A stretch of 64,000 nt of DNA, taken from Oscillospiraceae bacterium. GTDB taxonomy: Bacteria > Bacillota > Clostridia > Oscillospirales > CAG-382. Position numbers and translations under genes: made by a program. The stretch covers positions 7,403-71,402 of the forward strand of contig SVQU01000007.1 of NCBI GenBank assembly GCA_015065165.1, in the 5' to 3' direction. Under the pieces are notes generated by a model. The model was not told the DNA's origin. It saw only the letters and a program-made list of their open reading frames with translations, and ran no database searches. Of this stretch, positions 54,940 to 64,000 are shown piece by piece (the first letter of the stretch is position 1; the number at the start of each line of letters is the position of its first letter).

Positions 54940-54968
54940 ATTATATATTACTGACAACTTTTTGTCAA
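54940..54968 (-). promoter_or_regulatory. exact-consensus sigma-A promoter of the dcw cluster (TTGACA-17-TATAAT)
   Basis: On the minus strand, TTGACA is at 54963-54968 and TATAAT at 54940-54945, about 95 nt upstream of the mraZ ATG. Confidence 0.75.
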
Positions 54969-55300
54969 TAAAGATATACACTCGAAATAGTCCTCCCCAC
55001 AATGCATTTCGGCACATTCACCATAACAAAAACCCTGTTTTTTCAATAGTTTTCGACATTTTCATCTATTTGAACCCAAATAACCACAGCGAAATTTCGT
55101 TACAATACAACCAAACGTACGTTCTTATCAATGAAAACCCGTGTGTTTTCAAGTAATTTCACGTTTCTCCAAAAACAATGTCAAACATATTTTAGGCGTA
55201 TTGCAAAAATATTTTTCCGTAGACAAAAGTTTAGTGGTGTGTGGTGGAGGATTTATACTAAAAAATAGTTTTTTCGGTGTTAAAAAACATAAAAAGCACA

Positions 55301-55335
55301 ACAAAAAAGAACCGTTTTATCAAAAAACGATTCTT
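55301..55335 (-). terminator. rho-independent terminator of the EEP gene
   Basis: On the minus strand, AAGAATCGTTTT pairs with AAAACGGTTCTT (one G-U pair), followed by TTTTGT. Confidence 0.7.
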
Positions 55336-55349
55336 TGGTATTTATTATT

Positions 55350-56084
55350 TTACAATTCCACTTCAGCCACAATAGGAAAATGGTCAGATGCTATAACCTC
55401 AACTGTACACGCATCTAATATCTTAAGTCCTTTTGTAAAAATATAGTCGATCTTCATTTCGGGCTTATCCGAAGAAAACGTATAGTCCGCTTTACCGAAA
55501 TATCCGTGAACGTCGGTAAAAACAGTAGACAATCTCGAAATATTATAATCATCGGGAGTTATATTAAAATCGCCCATAAGAATTATAGGATTATCTATAG
55601 TTTCGACTATAGATAGCACCGTGTCCACTGCATTTTCCTGCTCACCGGATGCCAACCCGAAATGCGAAGATAGCACAGTTAACGACTTCCCTTCTATAAC
55701 ATAGTCTGTACGAAGAATACACCGTGTTTCATAATACACACCGGATTCACGCTCGTCTTTCGGAACGTCAGGTATCATATATTTTTGTGCATTTGCAAAT
55801 CCAAATTTAGACCAAACTGCATTTCCGTACAAACAACCCTTGCCGAATTCAATCGCTTCGCCGAAAAAAGAATTACCGCCAAGAGCATTTTCAAAAAAGG
55901 CAGGTTCATCGGGATAGTTTTCGTTTTCACAAGGTGGAATACCTTTTCTAACCTCGTTCAAACTCAAAATATCAGGATCGCATGATTTAACAACATCTGT
56001 CATCAACTGCAAATCGATAATATCACCCGATAAATTATGATTTCTGCCGTGCTGTATATTAAATGTCATAACCTTAAGCTTCAT
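55350..56084 (-). CDS. endonuclease/exonuclease/phosphatase (EEP) family protein
   Basis: 244 aa with MTFNIQHG...LSLNEV...GDFN...SDHFPIVAEV. Confidence 0.8.
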   Translation of the reverse strand: MKLKVMTFNIQHGRNHNLSGDIIDLQLMTDVVKSCDPDILSLNEVRKGIPPCENENYPDEPAFFENALGGNSFFGEAIEFGKGCLYGNAVWSKFGFANAQKYMIPDVPKDERESGVYYETRCILRTDYVIEGKSLTVLSSHFGLASGEQENAVDTVLSIVETIDNPIILMGDFNITPDDYNISRLSTVFTDVHGYFGKADYTFSSDKPEMKIDYIFTKGLKILDACTVEVIASDHFPIVAEVEL

Positions 56085-56102
56085 AAAATGCCTCCTTAAT
56101 AG

Positions 56103-56131
56103 AAAAAGGGGATGTTATAAATCCCCCTTTT
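56103..56131 (-). terminator. rho-independent terminator of fhs
   Basis: AAAAAGGGGAT pairs with ATCCCCCTTTT around an 8-nt loop, 8 nt after the fhs stop. Confidence 0.7.
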
Positions 56132-56138
56132 AAATATA

Positions 56139-57815
56139 TTAGAATAAGCCGATTATTGTGCCGTTATCGTCAACGTCGATTTTTTCTGCCGCAGGAACCT
56201 TAGGCAAACCGGGCATAGTAAGAATATCTCCGGTAAGCACAACAATAAATCCCGCACCTGCAGACACTTTAACGCTCTTAACAGTAACGGTAAATCCTTC
56301 GGGTGCGCCCAATTTAGTTGGGTCATCCGAGAAACTATATTGCGTTTTTGCTACACATATAGGATATTTGCCATAACCAAAGGTTTCGAGCTGTGCAATT
56401 TGTTTCTGCGCGTTAGTAGTAAAATTAACGTCTACGCCACCATAAACCTTGGTTACCAACGCTTTTACCTTATCGGCAATAGAATCGTTTACATCATACG
56501 CAAAGGTGAAATCACCCTTTTCTTCTTCGCAAAGGCGTACAACCTCTTCTGCAAGCGCCATACCACCCTTACCACCATCTGCCCAAACGGTAGAAAGCAC
56601 GGTGTTAACACCAAGTTCCTTACACTTCTTAATGATGAAGTCTATTTCCGCATCGGTATCTGTGGGGAATCTATTAACCGCAACAACGCAAGGAAGTTTA
56701 TAAACGTTCTTTATATTGTTTACGTGTCTTAAAAGATTAGGTATACCCTTTTCCAGAGCAGAAAGGTTTTCAACACCAAGTTCGTTCTTTGCAAGACCGC
56801 CGTGCATTTTCAATGCCCTGACCGTTGCGACCATAACAACAGCATCGGGAGTTAGGCCTGCAACACGACACTTGATATCAAGGAACTTTTCAGCGCCTAA
56901 ATCGGCACCAAAGCCTGCCTCTGTAACCGCATAATCGCCCAGCTTAAGTGCCATTTTGGTCGCTATTACGGAATTGCATCCGTGAGCGATATTTGCAAAG
57001 GGACCGCCGTGAACAAGCGCAGGAGTGCCCTCTAAAGTTTGAACAAGGTTGGGCTTTAACGCATCCTTTAACAATGCCGCCATAGCACCTGCCGCCTTTA
57101 ACTGACCGCAGGTAACAGGTTCACCAAGATAGTTATAACCTACAATGATTTTAGACAATCTATCCTTCAAATCCGATACAGATTCAGAAAGGCAAAGTAT
57201 TGCCATAACCTCGGAAGCAACAGTAATATCAAAGCCGTCCTCACGCGGAGTGCCGTTTGCTTTACCGCCCATACCGTCAACGATAAATCTCAATTGGCGG
57301 TCATTCATATCAACGCAACGCTTCCAGGTAATGCGCGTAACGTCGATAGCAAGGGCGTTACCCTGAGCAATATGGTTATCTATCATCGCCGCAAGCAAGT
57401 TATTCGCCGCGCCGATTGCATGGAAATCGCCGGTAAAATGAAGGTTGATATCCTCCATAGGAACAACCTGAGCATAACCGCCACCTGCCGCGCCGCCTTT
57501 TACGCCAAACACGGGTCCCAAGGACGGTTCACGAAGCGCCACAGTTACGTCCTTGCCGATAAGCTTTAATCCATCGGCAAGACCGATTGTAGTGGTAGTT
57601 TTGCCTTCCCCTGCGGGAGTAGGAGTAATAGCGGTTACCAGAATAAGCTTTCCGTTTTCTTTTTTAGAGTTATTCAAAACAGAAAGATCTATTTTAGCCT
57701 TATATTTACCGTAATGCTCTATAGAATCCACATCAAGATGCGCCTTTGCGGCAATTTCATCTATATGCTTCAACACACAGCTTTGTGCTATTTCTATATC
57801 ACTTTTATACTGCAT
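56139..57815 (-). CDS. fhs: formate--tetrahydrofolate ligase
   Basis: 558 aa with [15 protein letters not shown] and the family-typical end [12 protein letters not shown]. Confidence 0.96.
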   Translation of the reverse strand: MQYKSDIEIAQSCVLKHIDEIAAKAHLDVDSIEHYGKYKAKIDLSVLNNSKKENGKLILVTAITPTPAGEGKTTTTIGLADGLKLIGKDVTVALREPSLGPVFGVKGGAAGGGYAQVVPMEDINLHFTGDFHAIGAANNLLAAMIDNHIAQGNALAIDVTRITWKRCVDMNDRQLRFIVDGMGGKANGTPREDGFDITVASEVMAILCLSESVSDLKDRLSKIIVGYNYLGEPVTCGQLKAAGAMAALLKDALKPNLVQTLEGTPALVHGGPFANIAHGCNSVIATKMALKLGDYAVTEAGFGADLGAEKFLDIKCRVAGLTPDAVVMVATVRALKMHGGLAKNELGVENLSALEKGIPNLLRHVNNIKNVYKLPCVVAVNRFPTDTDAEIDFIIKKCKELGVNTVLSTVWADGGKGGMALAEEVVRLCEEEKGDFTFAYDVNDSIADKVKALVTKVYGGVDVNFTTNAQKQIAQLETFGYGKYPICVAKTQYSFSDDPTKLGAPEGFTVTVKSVKVSAGAGFIVVLTGDILTMPGLPKVPAAEKIDVDDNGTIIGLF

Positions 57816-57830
57816 TTTACATTACCCCTA

Positions 57831-60800
57831 TTATTTGAAATAGCGAACCGCTGCTTCAAACATTCTTATATCGTATTCGCCGGGAACGTTTTTATAAAGA
57901 CCCGCGCCGATACGTTCGCTATGACCCATTTTACCGAATACACGACCATCGGGAGAGGTAATACCTTCGATTGCACAAATAGAACCGTTGGGATTAAAAT
58001 GAACGTCGCCTGTTGCCTTATTGTCCAAATCTACGTATTGAGTAGCAATCTGACCGTTTGCGGCAAGTTCCTTAATAAGTTCTTCACTTGCGAGGAAACG
58101 ACCTTCGCCGTGAGAAATCGGAACGTTATAAACGTCGCCAACGTTAGTCAATGCCAACCAAGGAGATTTATTGGAAGCAACGCGTGTACGTACAATGCGC
58201 GACTGGTGTCGAGCGATAGTATTGAAAGTAAGTGTGGGACAATTTTCATCGGTATCGATAATTTTGCCGTAAGGGACAAGACCAAGCTTAATAAGAGCCT
58301 GGAAGCCGTTACAAATACCGCAAATCAAACCGTCGCGATTTTCCAAAAGATCGGTTACGCCATCTTTAATAGCAGCATTACGGAAAAATGCTGTAATAAA
58401 CTTCGCGCTACCGTCGGGTTCATCACCGCCCGAGAAGCCACCGGGGATGAATATCATCTGCGAATCCTTAAGCTTTGCAGAAAATTCTTCAACACTTGCG
58501 GAGATATCCGAAGCGGAAAGGTTTTTAATAACTATAATTTCAGGCTCTGCACCCGCATCACGAACCGCCTTTGCAGAATCGAATTCGCAGTTAGTGCCGG
58601 GGAACGCAGGAATAATAACCTTAGGCTTAGCGCATTTAATTGCAGGTGCAACTCTTTCGGTTGCATTATAATCAAAAGTAGGAACTTCCGATGCACTGTC
58701 GGGGATATTACAGGAATATACGCTTTCTAACTTACCTTCGTATTCAGAAAGAAGCTTTTCAAGACAATAGGATTCGTTACCATAGGTAATAGCCTTTTCT
58801 TCGGTTACATAACCCAAAGCCTGACCAATTGAAACCTCGGGTTTAACTTCAAGAACAAATCCGCCGTAGTTAACACCAAAAATATCTTCCAAAGAAACGT
58901 CTTCGTTATACTTAAAGCCAAGCATATTACCGTAGCACATCTTCATAACGGCTTCGGCAACACCGCCCATGCCTAAAGCATAGCAGGATACTGCATCACC
59001 CGAACGAAGCATATCGGTAATTAGAGCGAAATTGCCCATAAGAGTAGAAGCAACGGGAAGCTTATCTTCGCCCAAAACGGGCTTGAGAAGAACAACTTTA
59101 TTACCCGCCTGTTTAAATTCAGGAGATACAACGTCGCTTGTTTTGCCCGTAGTAACTGCAAAGGAAACCAATGTGGGAGGAACGTCAAGCTTTTCAAAAG
59201 AGCCCGACATAGAATCCTTACCGCCGATAGAGCCTATACCTAATTCCATCTGGGCACGGAAAGCGCCAAGAAGAGCCGCCATAGGCTTGCCCCAACGCTT
59301 GGAATCCTTACCAAGACGTTCGAAATATTCCTGGAAAGTAAGATATACGTCTTCGAATTTAGCACCTGTTGCAACCAACTTTGCAACAGATTCAACAACG
59401 GCTAAATATGCACCGTGGTAGGGACTTTTTTCTGTAATGAAGGGATTATAGCCCCAAGACATAAAGGAGCAATCATCGGTATGCTTCTTTTCAACCGAAA
59501 TCTTCTGTACCATCGCCTGAATAGGTGTATGCTGATACTTACCGCCAAAGGGCATAAGAACAGTACCTGCGCCAATGGTAGAGTCGAATCTTTCGGAAAG
59601 TCCGCGTTTCGAACAAGTATTAAGGTCGGTAGCGACCTTGTTATAAAGCTCAACGAAGGAACCCTCAGCCTTAAAGCTGTTATCATATTCTCCCTTGGAA
59701 ACGGAAACGTCGATATGCTTATCAGCACCGTTGGAATTAAGGAAATCACGGCTAATATCAACAATCTTATTGCCGTTCCAATGCATTACAAGACGGTTTT
59801 TGTCTGTAACTGTAGCAACCTGAACGGCAGAAAGGTTTTCGGTGTGAGCAAGTTCGAGGAAACGAACAACGTCCTTTGCTTCTACCACAACCGCCATACG
59901 TTCCTGAGATTCACTAATTGCAAGTTCTGTACCGTCAAGACCGTCATATTTTTTGGGAACTGCATTAAGGTCGATTTCAAGACCGTCGGCAAGCTCACCA
60001 ATGGCAACCGAAACACCCCCTGCACCAAAGTCGTTACAACGCTTTATAAGCTTGCTGGCTTCGGGATTGCGGAACAAGCGTTGAAGCTTACGTTCTTCGG
60101 GGGCATTACCCTTTTGAACCTCTGCGCCGCAGGATTCAAGAGAAGCTTCAGTGTGAGATTTGGAAGAGCCTGTAGCACCGCCGCAACCATCTCTGCCGGT
60201 TGCACCGCCAAGAAGGATAATCGCATCCCCTGCTTCGGGACGTTCACGACGAACGTTTTCTGCAGGAGCTGCCGCAATAACCGCACCGATTTCCATACGC
60301 TTAGCAGCATAACCGGGGTGATAAATTTCATCAACTATACCGGTAGCAAGGCCGATTTGGTTACCGTAGGAGGAATAACCCGCAGCCGCAGTAGTAACTA
60401 TTTTACGTTGAGGCAGCTTACCCTTGATTGTTTCAGATACAGGAGTTAAAGGATCGCCCGCGCCGGTAACACGCATAGCGCCGTAAACGTAAGATCTGCC
60501 CGAAAGCGGGTCTCTTATTGCACCGCCAATACAGGTAGCCGCACCGCCAAAGGGCTCGATTTCGGTGGGATGGTTGTGTGTTTCGTTTTTAAATAACAAC
60601 AACCAAGGCTCGGAAACACCGTCAACCTCAACGTTGATTTTAACTGTACAAGCGTTAATTTCTTCGGATTCGTCAAGCTTGTCAAGCTTACCTGCTTTTT
60701 TAAGATGACGAACCGCAAGAGTTGCAACGTCCATGAGGCAAATAGGGTTGGTTCTACCCAATGCCTTACGGGTGTTAATATAATTTTCAAATTCCTTTTC

Positions 60801-61490
60801 GATTAATTCATCTTCAAAGGTTACGTTATCAATAACGGTATTAAAGGTAGTATGACGGCAGTGATCCGACCAATAGGTATCTATCATACGAATTTCGGTG
60901 ATAGTGGGATCGCGCTGTTCTTCTTTGAAATACGCCTGACAGAAGGTAATGTCATCAATATCCATTGCCAAGCCGTAATCCTTAACAAAGGCTTCGAGAC
61001 CTGCTTTGTCAAGATTTATAAAACCATCCAGAGTAGCAACGGTAGTAGGAATTTCGTAAACAACCTCGAGCGTTTCGGGCTTTTCGAGGGTAGATTCGCG
61101 AGATTCCACAGGGTTGATTACGTACTTTTTAATAGCATTTACATCTGCTTCGGAAAGGGTTCCGTAAAGTGCGTAAACTCTTGCGGTGCGAATAGTAGGT
61201 CTATCACCTTGAGAGATAATCTGAATACACTGTGCCGCAGAATCCGCACGCTGGTCGAACTGACCGGGCAAATATTCAACCGCAAAAACAACGCAATCAC
61301 CAAGGTGAGCGATATCATCTGTAACTATATCAAGCTGAGGTTCAGAGAAAACGGTAGCTTTGGTATAGTTAAAAAGGTCTTCCGCGATATTTTCAACGTC
61401 ATAGCGGTTAAACAAACGAACGTCCGTAAGAGATTCTATACCCAACAAAGTGCGAGCATCGGAAAGCAAGGATTTTGCCTCAAATGCCAA
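57831..61490 (-). CDS. purL: phosphoribosylformylglycinamidine (FGAM) synthase, single-chain large form with C-terminal glutamine amidotransferase
   Basis: 1219 aa with ETHNHPTEIEPFGGAATCIGGAIRD, and a GATase triad region (GICNGFQAL...HGEGRF). Confidence 0.95.
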   Translation of the reverse strand: MAFEAKSLLSDARTLLGIESLTDVRLFNRYDVENIAEDLFNYTKATVFSEPQLDIVTDDIAHLGDCVVFAVEYLPGQFDQRADSAAQCIQIISQGDRPTIRTARVYALYGTLSEADVNAIKKYVINPVESRESTLEKPETLEVVYEIPTTVATLDGFINLDKAGLEAFVKDYGLAMDIDDITFCQAYFKEEQRDPTITEIRMIDTYWSDHCRHTTFNTVIDNVTFEDELIEKEFENYINTRKALGRTNPICLMDVATLAVRHLKKAGKLDKLDESEEINACTVKINVEVDGVSEPWLLLFKNETHNHPTEIEPFGGAATCIGGAIRDPLSGRSYVYGAMRVTGAGDPLTPVSETIKGKLPQRKIVTTAAAGYSSYGNQIGLATGIVDEIYHPGYAAKRMEIGAVIAAAPAENVRRERPEAGDAIILLGGATGRDGCGGATGSSKSHTEASLESCGAEVQKGNAPEERKLQRLFRNPEASKLIKRCNDFGAGGVSVAIGELADGLEIDLNAVPKKYDGLDGTELAISESQERMAVVVEAKDVVRFLELAHTENLSAVQVATVTDKNRLVMHWNGNKIVDISRDFLNSNGADKHIDVSVSKGEYDNSFKAEGSFVELYNKVATDLNTCSKRGLSERFDSTIGAGTVLMPFGGKYQHTPIQAMVQKISVEKKHTDDCSFMSWGYNPFITEKSPYHGAYLAVVESVAKLVATGAKFEDVYLTFQEYFERLGKDSKRWGKPMAALLGAFRAQMELGIGSIGGKDSMSGSFEKLDVPPTLVSFAVTTGKTSDVVSPEFKQAGNKVVLLKPVLGEDKLPVASTLMGNFALITDMLRSGDAVSCYALGMGGVAEAVMKMCYGNMLGFKYNEDVSLEDIFGVNYGGFVLEVKPEVSIGQALGYVTEEKAITYGNESYCLEKLLSEYEGKLESVYSCNIPDSASEVPTFDYNATERVAPAIKCAKPKVIIPAFPGTNCEFDSAKAVRDAGAEPEIIVIKNLSASDISASVEEFSAKLKDSQMIFIPGGFSGGDEPDGSAKFITAFFRNAAIKDGVTDLLENRDGLICGICNGFQALIKLGLVPYGKIIDTDENCPTLTFNTIARHQSRIVRTRVASNKSPWLALTNVGDVYNVPISHGEGRFLASEELIKELAANGQIATQYVDLDNKATGDVHFNPNGSICAIEGITSPDGRVFGKMGHSERIGAGLYKNVPGEYDIRMFEAAVRYFK

Positions 61491-61523
61491 TTCTTTCTTT
61501 TTTTCAACAAATATTCTGTACCA

Positions 61524-62795
61524 TTAGTTCACCTCCGGCGCTTTCAAAGCGCGCGCACCGATATCGCGGCGATAATAGGAATTTTCAAACTTAATTTCTT
61601 TTACCATATCATAGGAAGCATTAATTGCTTTTTCAAGTGTTTCGCCGATTGCGGTAACACCCAAAACTCTGCCACCCGAAGTAACAACTTGTCCGTCCTT
61701 AATAGCCGCACCCGCAACGTAAACGTTTTCTTTAACAGATTGGGGTATATCGATAGGATAACCCTTGCCATAACTTTCGGGATAGCCTTTGGAAGCCATA
61801 ATAACACAGCAAGCATTCTTTTCGCTGAATTTAACTTCGGTTTCAGCTAATTTTTCATTTGTTACAGCCTGCATAACCGTGAGAAGGTCGCTTTCCAAAA
61901 GAGGCAACACAACCTGTGTTTCGGGGTCGCCAAAGCGGCAGTTATATTCGATAACCTTGGGACCGTCTTTAGTAATCATCAAGCCGAAATACAAGCATCC
62001 CTTAAAAGGTCTGCCTTCTGCGTTCATTGCATTGATTGTAGGAAGGAAAATCTTTTCCATACATTCTGCCGCAACAGCATCTGTATAATAAGGGTTGGGA
62101 GCAATAGTACCCATACCGCCTGTATTTAATCCGGTATCATTTTCACCGATACGCTTATGGTCCATAGAAGAAATCATAGGAACAACGGTTTTACCATCGG
62201 TAAAGGAAAGAACCGAAACCTCGGGACCTTCCAAAAATTCTTCTATAACGATTCTTTCGCCACTCTTACCAAATGCCTTATCGCACATCATAGATTTTAC
62301 TGCGGCTACTGCTTCTTCGCGAGTAAAAGCAATGATAACGCCCTTCCCAAGCGCAAGACCGTCAGCCTTAATAACAGTAGGAATAGGCGCGGTTGCCACA
62401 TATTCAAGAGCAGAATCTACGTCGCTAAATACTTCGCAAGCAGCAGTAGGAATAGAATATTTTTTCATTAATTCCTTGGAAAAAACCTTACTGCCTTCGA
62501 TAATTGCGGCATTTGCACGAGGTCCGAAGCAAGGAATTCCCTTTTCTTCCAACGCATCTACACAACCCAATACCAACGGATCATCGGGCGCAACTACCGC
62601 GTAATCGATTTTATTTTCAACTGCAAAAGCAACAATTTTTTCTATATCCTTTGCGCCGATATCAACACAAACAGCATCACTTGCGATACCGCCGTTTCCG
62701 GGAAGAGCGTAAATTTCGGCAACGTCTTTATTTTCCTTAAGTTTTCTGATAATGGCGTGTTCTCTACCGCCACCACCTACAACAAGTATTTTCAT
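61524..62795 (-). CDS. purD: phosphoribosylamine--glycine ligase
   Basis: 423 aa with MKILVVGGGGREHAI, an ATP-grasp domain, and GDPETQ. Confidence 0.95.
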   Translation of the reverse strand: MKILVVGGGGREHAIIRKLKENKDVAEIYALPGNGGIASDAVCVDIGAKDIEKIVAFAVENKIDYAVVAPDDPLVLGCVDALEEKGIPCFGPRANAAIIEGSKVFSKELMKKYSIPTAACEVFSDVDSALEYVATAPIPTVIKADGLALGKGVIIAFTREEAVAAVKSMMCDKAFGKSGERIVIEEFLEGPEVSVLSFTDGKTVVPMISSMDHKRIGENDTGLNTGGMGTIAPNPYYTDAVAAECMEKIFLPTINAMNAEGRPFKGCLYFGLMITKDGPKVIEYNCRFGDPETQVVLPLLESDLLTVMQAVTNEKLAETEVKFSEKNACCVIMASKGYPESYGKGYPIDIPQSVKENVYVAGAAIKDGQVVTSGGRVLGVTAIGETLEKAINASYDMVKEIKFENSYYRRDIGARALKAPEVN

Positions 62796-62814
62796 TTTTA
62801 TTCTCCAAACAAAA

Positions 62815-63999
62815 TTAATGGTGGAAAAGTCGCATTCCTGTGAATGCCATTGCCATGCCGTATTTGTTACAGCAATCTATAACAGCATCATCACGAATAG
62901 ATCCGCCGGGTTCAGCTATATATTTAACGCCACTCTTATAAGCGCGTTCAATATTATCCGAGAACGGGAAGAATGCATCCGAACCGAGAGCAACGTTATC
63001 CACAGAATCAAGATATTCTCTGATTTCTTTATCGGTAAGAGGTTCGGGCTGTACTGTAAAATACTTCTGCCAATTTCCGTCGGAGCAAACATCTTCTTCG
63101 TTACGGTTAATATAACCGTCAATAACGTTATCTCTGTCTGCTCTGCCAAGGTCGCTTCTCAAAGGAAGGTTCAAAACCTTTTCGTGCTGGCGCAAGAACC
63201 AAGTGTCGGCTTTTGTACCTGCAAGACGTGTGCAGTGGATTCTCGACTGCTGACCTGCGCCAACGCCGATAGCCTGACCGTCTACCGCGTAGCAAACCGA
63301 ATTGGACTGAGTATATTTAAGAGTTATAAGAGCGATTATAAGGTCGCGAACAGCGCTTTCGGGAAGATTTTTATTCTCGGTAACAATGTTAGAGAGAAGT
63401 TCTTTATTAATTTCGAAATTGTTTCTGCCCTGTTCGAAGGTAATGCCATAAACCTGTTTGCGTTCGATTTCAGCAGGCACGTAATTAGGATCGATTTTAA
63501 CGATATTGTAGCTGCCCTTACGTTTACCCTTAAGAATTTCGAGAGCTTCGGGTTCGTATCCGGGAGCAATAACACCGTCGGAAACCTCACGGGCAATCAT
63601 TTTTGCAGTGGTAACGTCGCAAACGTCAGAAAGAGCAACCCAGTCGCCAAAGGAACACATTCTGTCTGTACCTCTTGCTCTTGCATAAGCGCAAGCCAAG
63701 GGAGATGCATCAAGACCTTCGATATCATCAACAAAACAAGCCTTTTTGAGCTTATCCGACAAAGGTATGCCAACAGCGGCGGAAGTAGGACTTACGTGTT
63801 TAAAAGAAGTAACCGCGGGCAAGCCAAGGGCCTCTTTAAGTTCTTTAACAAGCTGCCAGGAATTGAAAGCATCGAGGAAGTTAATAAATCCGGGTCTGCC
63901 GTTAAGGATTTCAATAGGAAGCTCACTTCCGTCATGCATAAATATTTTTGCGGGTTTTTGGTTGGGGTTACAACCGTATTTAAGTTCAAATTCTTTCAT
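62815..63999 (-). CDS. purH: AICAR formyltransferase (PurH lacking the N-terminal MGS-like IMP cyclohydrolase domain)
   Basis: 394 aa that starts directly at the AICARFT domain (LKYGCNPNQKPA...) and ends with the family-typical GMRLFHH. The ATG is at 63999, 1 nt from the window edge. Confidence 0.85.
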   Translation of the reverse strand: MKEFELKYGCNPNQKPAKIFMHDGSELPIEILNGRPGFINFLDAFNSWQLVKELKEALGLPAVTSFKHVSPTSAAVGIPLSDKLKKACFVDDIEGLDASPLACAYARARGTDRMCSFGDWVALSDVCDVTTAKMIAREVSDGVIAPGYEPEALEILKGKRKGSYNIVKIDPNYVPAEIERKQVYGITFEQGRNNFEINKELLSNIVTENKNLPESAVRDLIIALITLKYTQSNSVCYAVDGQAIGVGAGQQSRIHCTRLAGTKADTWFLRQHEKVLNLPLRSDLGRADRDNVIDGYINRNEEDVCSDGNWQKYFTVQPEPLTDKEIREYLDSVDNVALGSDAFFPFSDNIERAYKSGVKYIAEPGGSIRDDAVIDCCNKYGMAMAFTGMRLFHH

Positions 64000-64000
64000 C

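Noticed and set aside
55234-55250. The G/T island GTGGTGTGTGGTGGAGG as a set of MraZ boxes.
   Set aside because: The GTGG cores are 7 and 5 nt apart rather than in 10-bp phase. They are on the opposite strand, and they lie ~270 bp upstream of the promoter. I kept it only as an oddity within the unassigned region.
57714-61850. Long plus-strand ORFs (57714-58730, 59415-60449, 60852-61850) antisense to fhs, purL and purD. The same type occurs at 51285-52346 (antisense to the PBP gene) and 9268-10182 (antisense to an M42 gene).
   Set aside because: All lie entirely inside well-supported minus-strand genes. They have Cys/Arg/Phe/Asn-rich nonsense composition and no RBS. I treat them as antisense-frame artefacts.
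1-64000. I scanned the whole window for CRISPR repeats, tRNA or rRNA genes, IS elements, transposases, integrases, prophage genes and toxin-antitoxin pairs.
   Set aside because: None was recognised. The intergenic gaps are short (at most ~500 bp). The only direct repeats seen are short operator-like motifs and the intragenic protein-level duplications in the blaR1-like gene.

Overview
This 64-kb chromosomal window reads like a low-GC, Clostridia-type Firmicute. That placement is an inference from gene content and order, AT-rich spacers, AGGAGG-type RBSs and near-consensus sigma-A promoters. Almost all of it is core genome.

Gene content, in order:
- leuA(3' end)-leuC-leuD-leuB-ilvB-ilvN (+).
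- A tightly packed minus-strand string: murD, three M42 aminopeptidase paralogs, a YnbB-like PLP enzyme, a HExxH membrane protein, maa and a histidine phosphatase.
- RNase P RNA, prfB, a small acidic-tail membrane protein, htpG, a permease and pckA.
- A small accessory-looking patch: an XRE regulator, a TIM-barrel isomerase and a Cys-rich DUF11-repeat protein.
- thyA-folA-GNAT-CBS.
- A BlaI/BlaR1-type pair whose M56 sensor protease carries a ~950-aa non-PBP ectodomain.
- phoH-ybeY-era-recO-mutS2, then glyA.
- A second accessory patch: a ferredoxin/FrhB-like::pyruvyl-transferase fusion, an archaeal-type CMP-kinase-like protein with a ParB/Srx-like tail, a SAM methyltransferase, an HD hydrolase, a MazG-like protein and an epimerase.
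- A dcw cluster, mraZ-rsmH-ftsL-PBP-murF-mraY-ftsW-murG-ftsQ-ftsZ, which lacks murE, murD, murC and ftsA.
- An EEP nuclease/phosphatase, then purH(AICARFT-only)-purD-purL-fhs.

I recognise 57 CDSs and one ncRNA. I see no tRNA or rRNA genes, CRISPR arrays, transposases, integrases or phage genes, and no clear complete novel multi-gene system.

The best leads are:
- The orphan BlaI/BlaR1-like signalling pair with an internally duplicated unknown sensor domain.
- The signal-peptide-less Cys-rich DUF11 protein.
- The CMP-kinase::ParB-like fusion.
- The orphan FrhB::pyruvyl-transferase fusion.
- The promoter and MraZ-box architecture upstream of the dcw cluster.

All functional calls come from motif recognition by eye. 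No database search was run.
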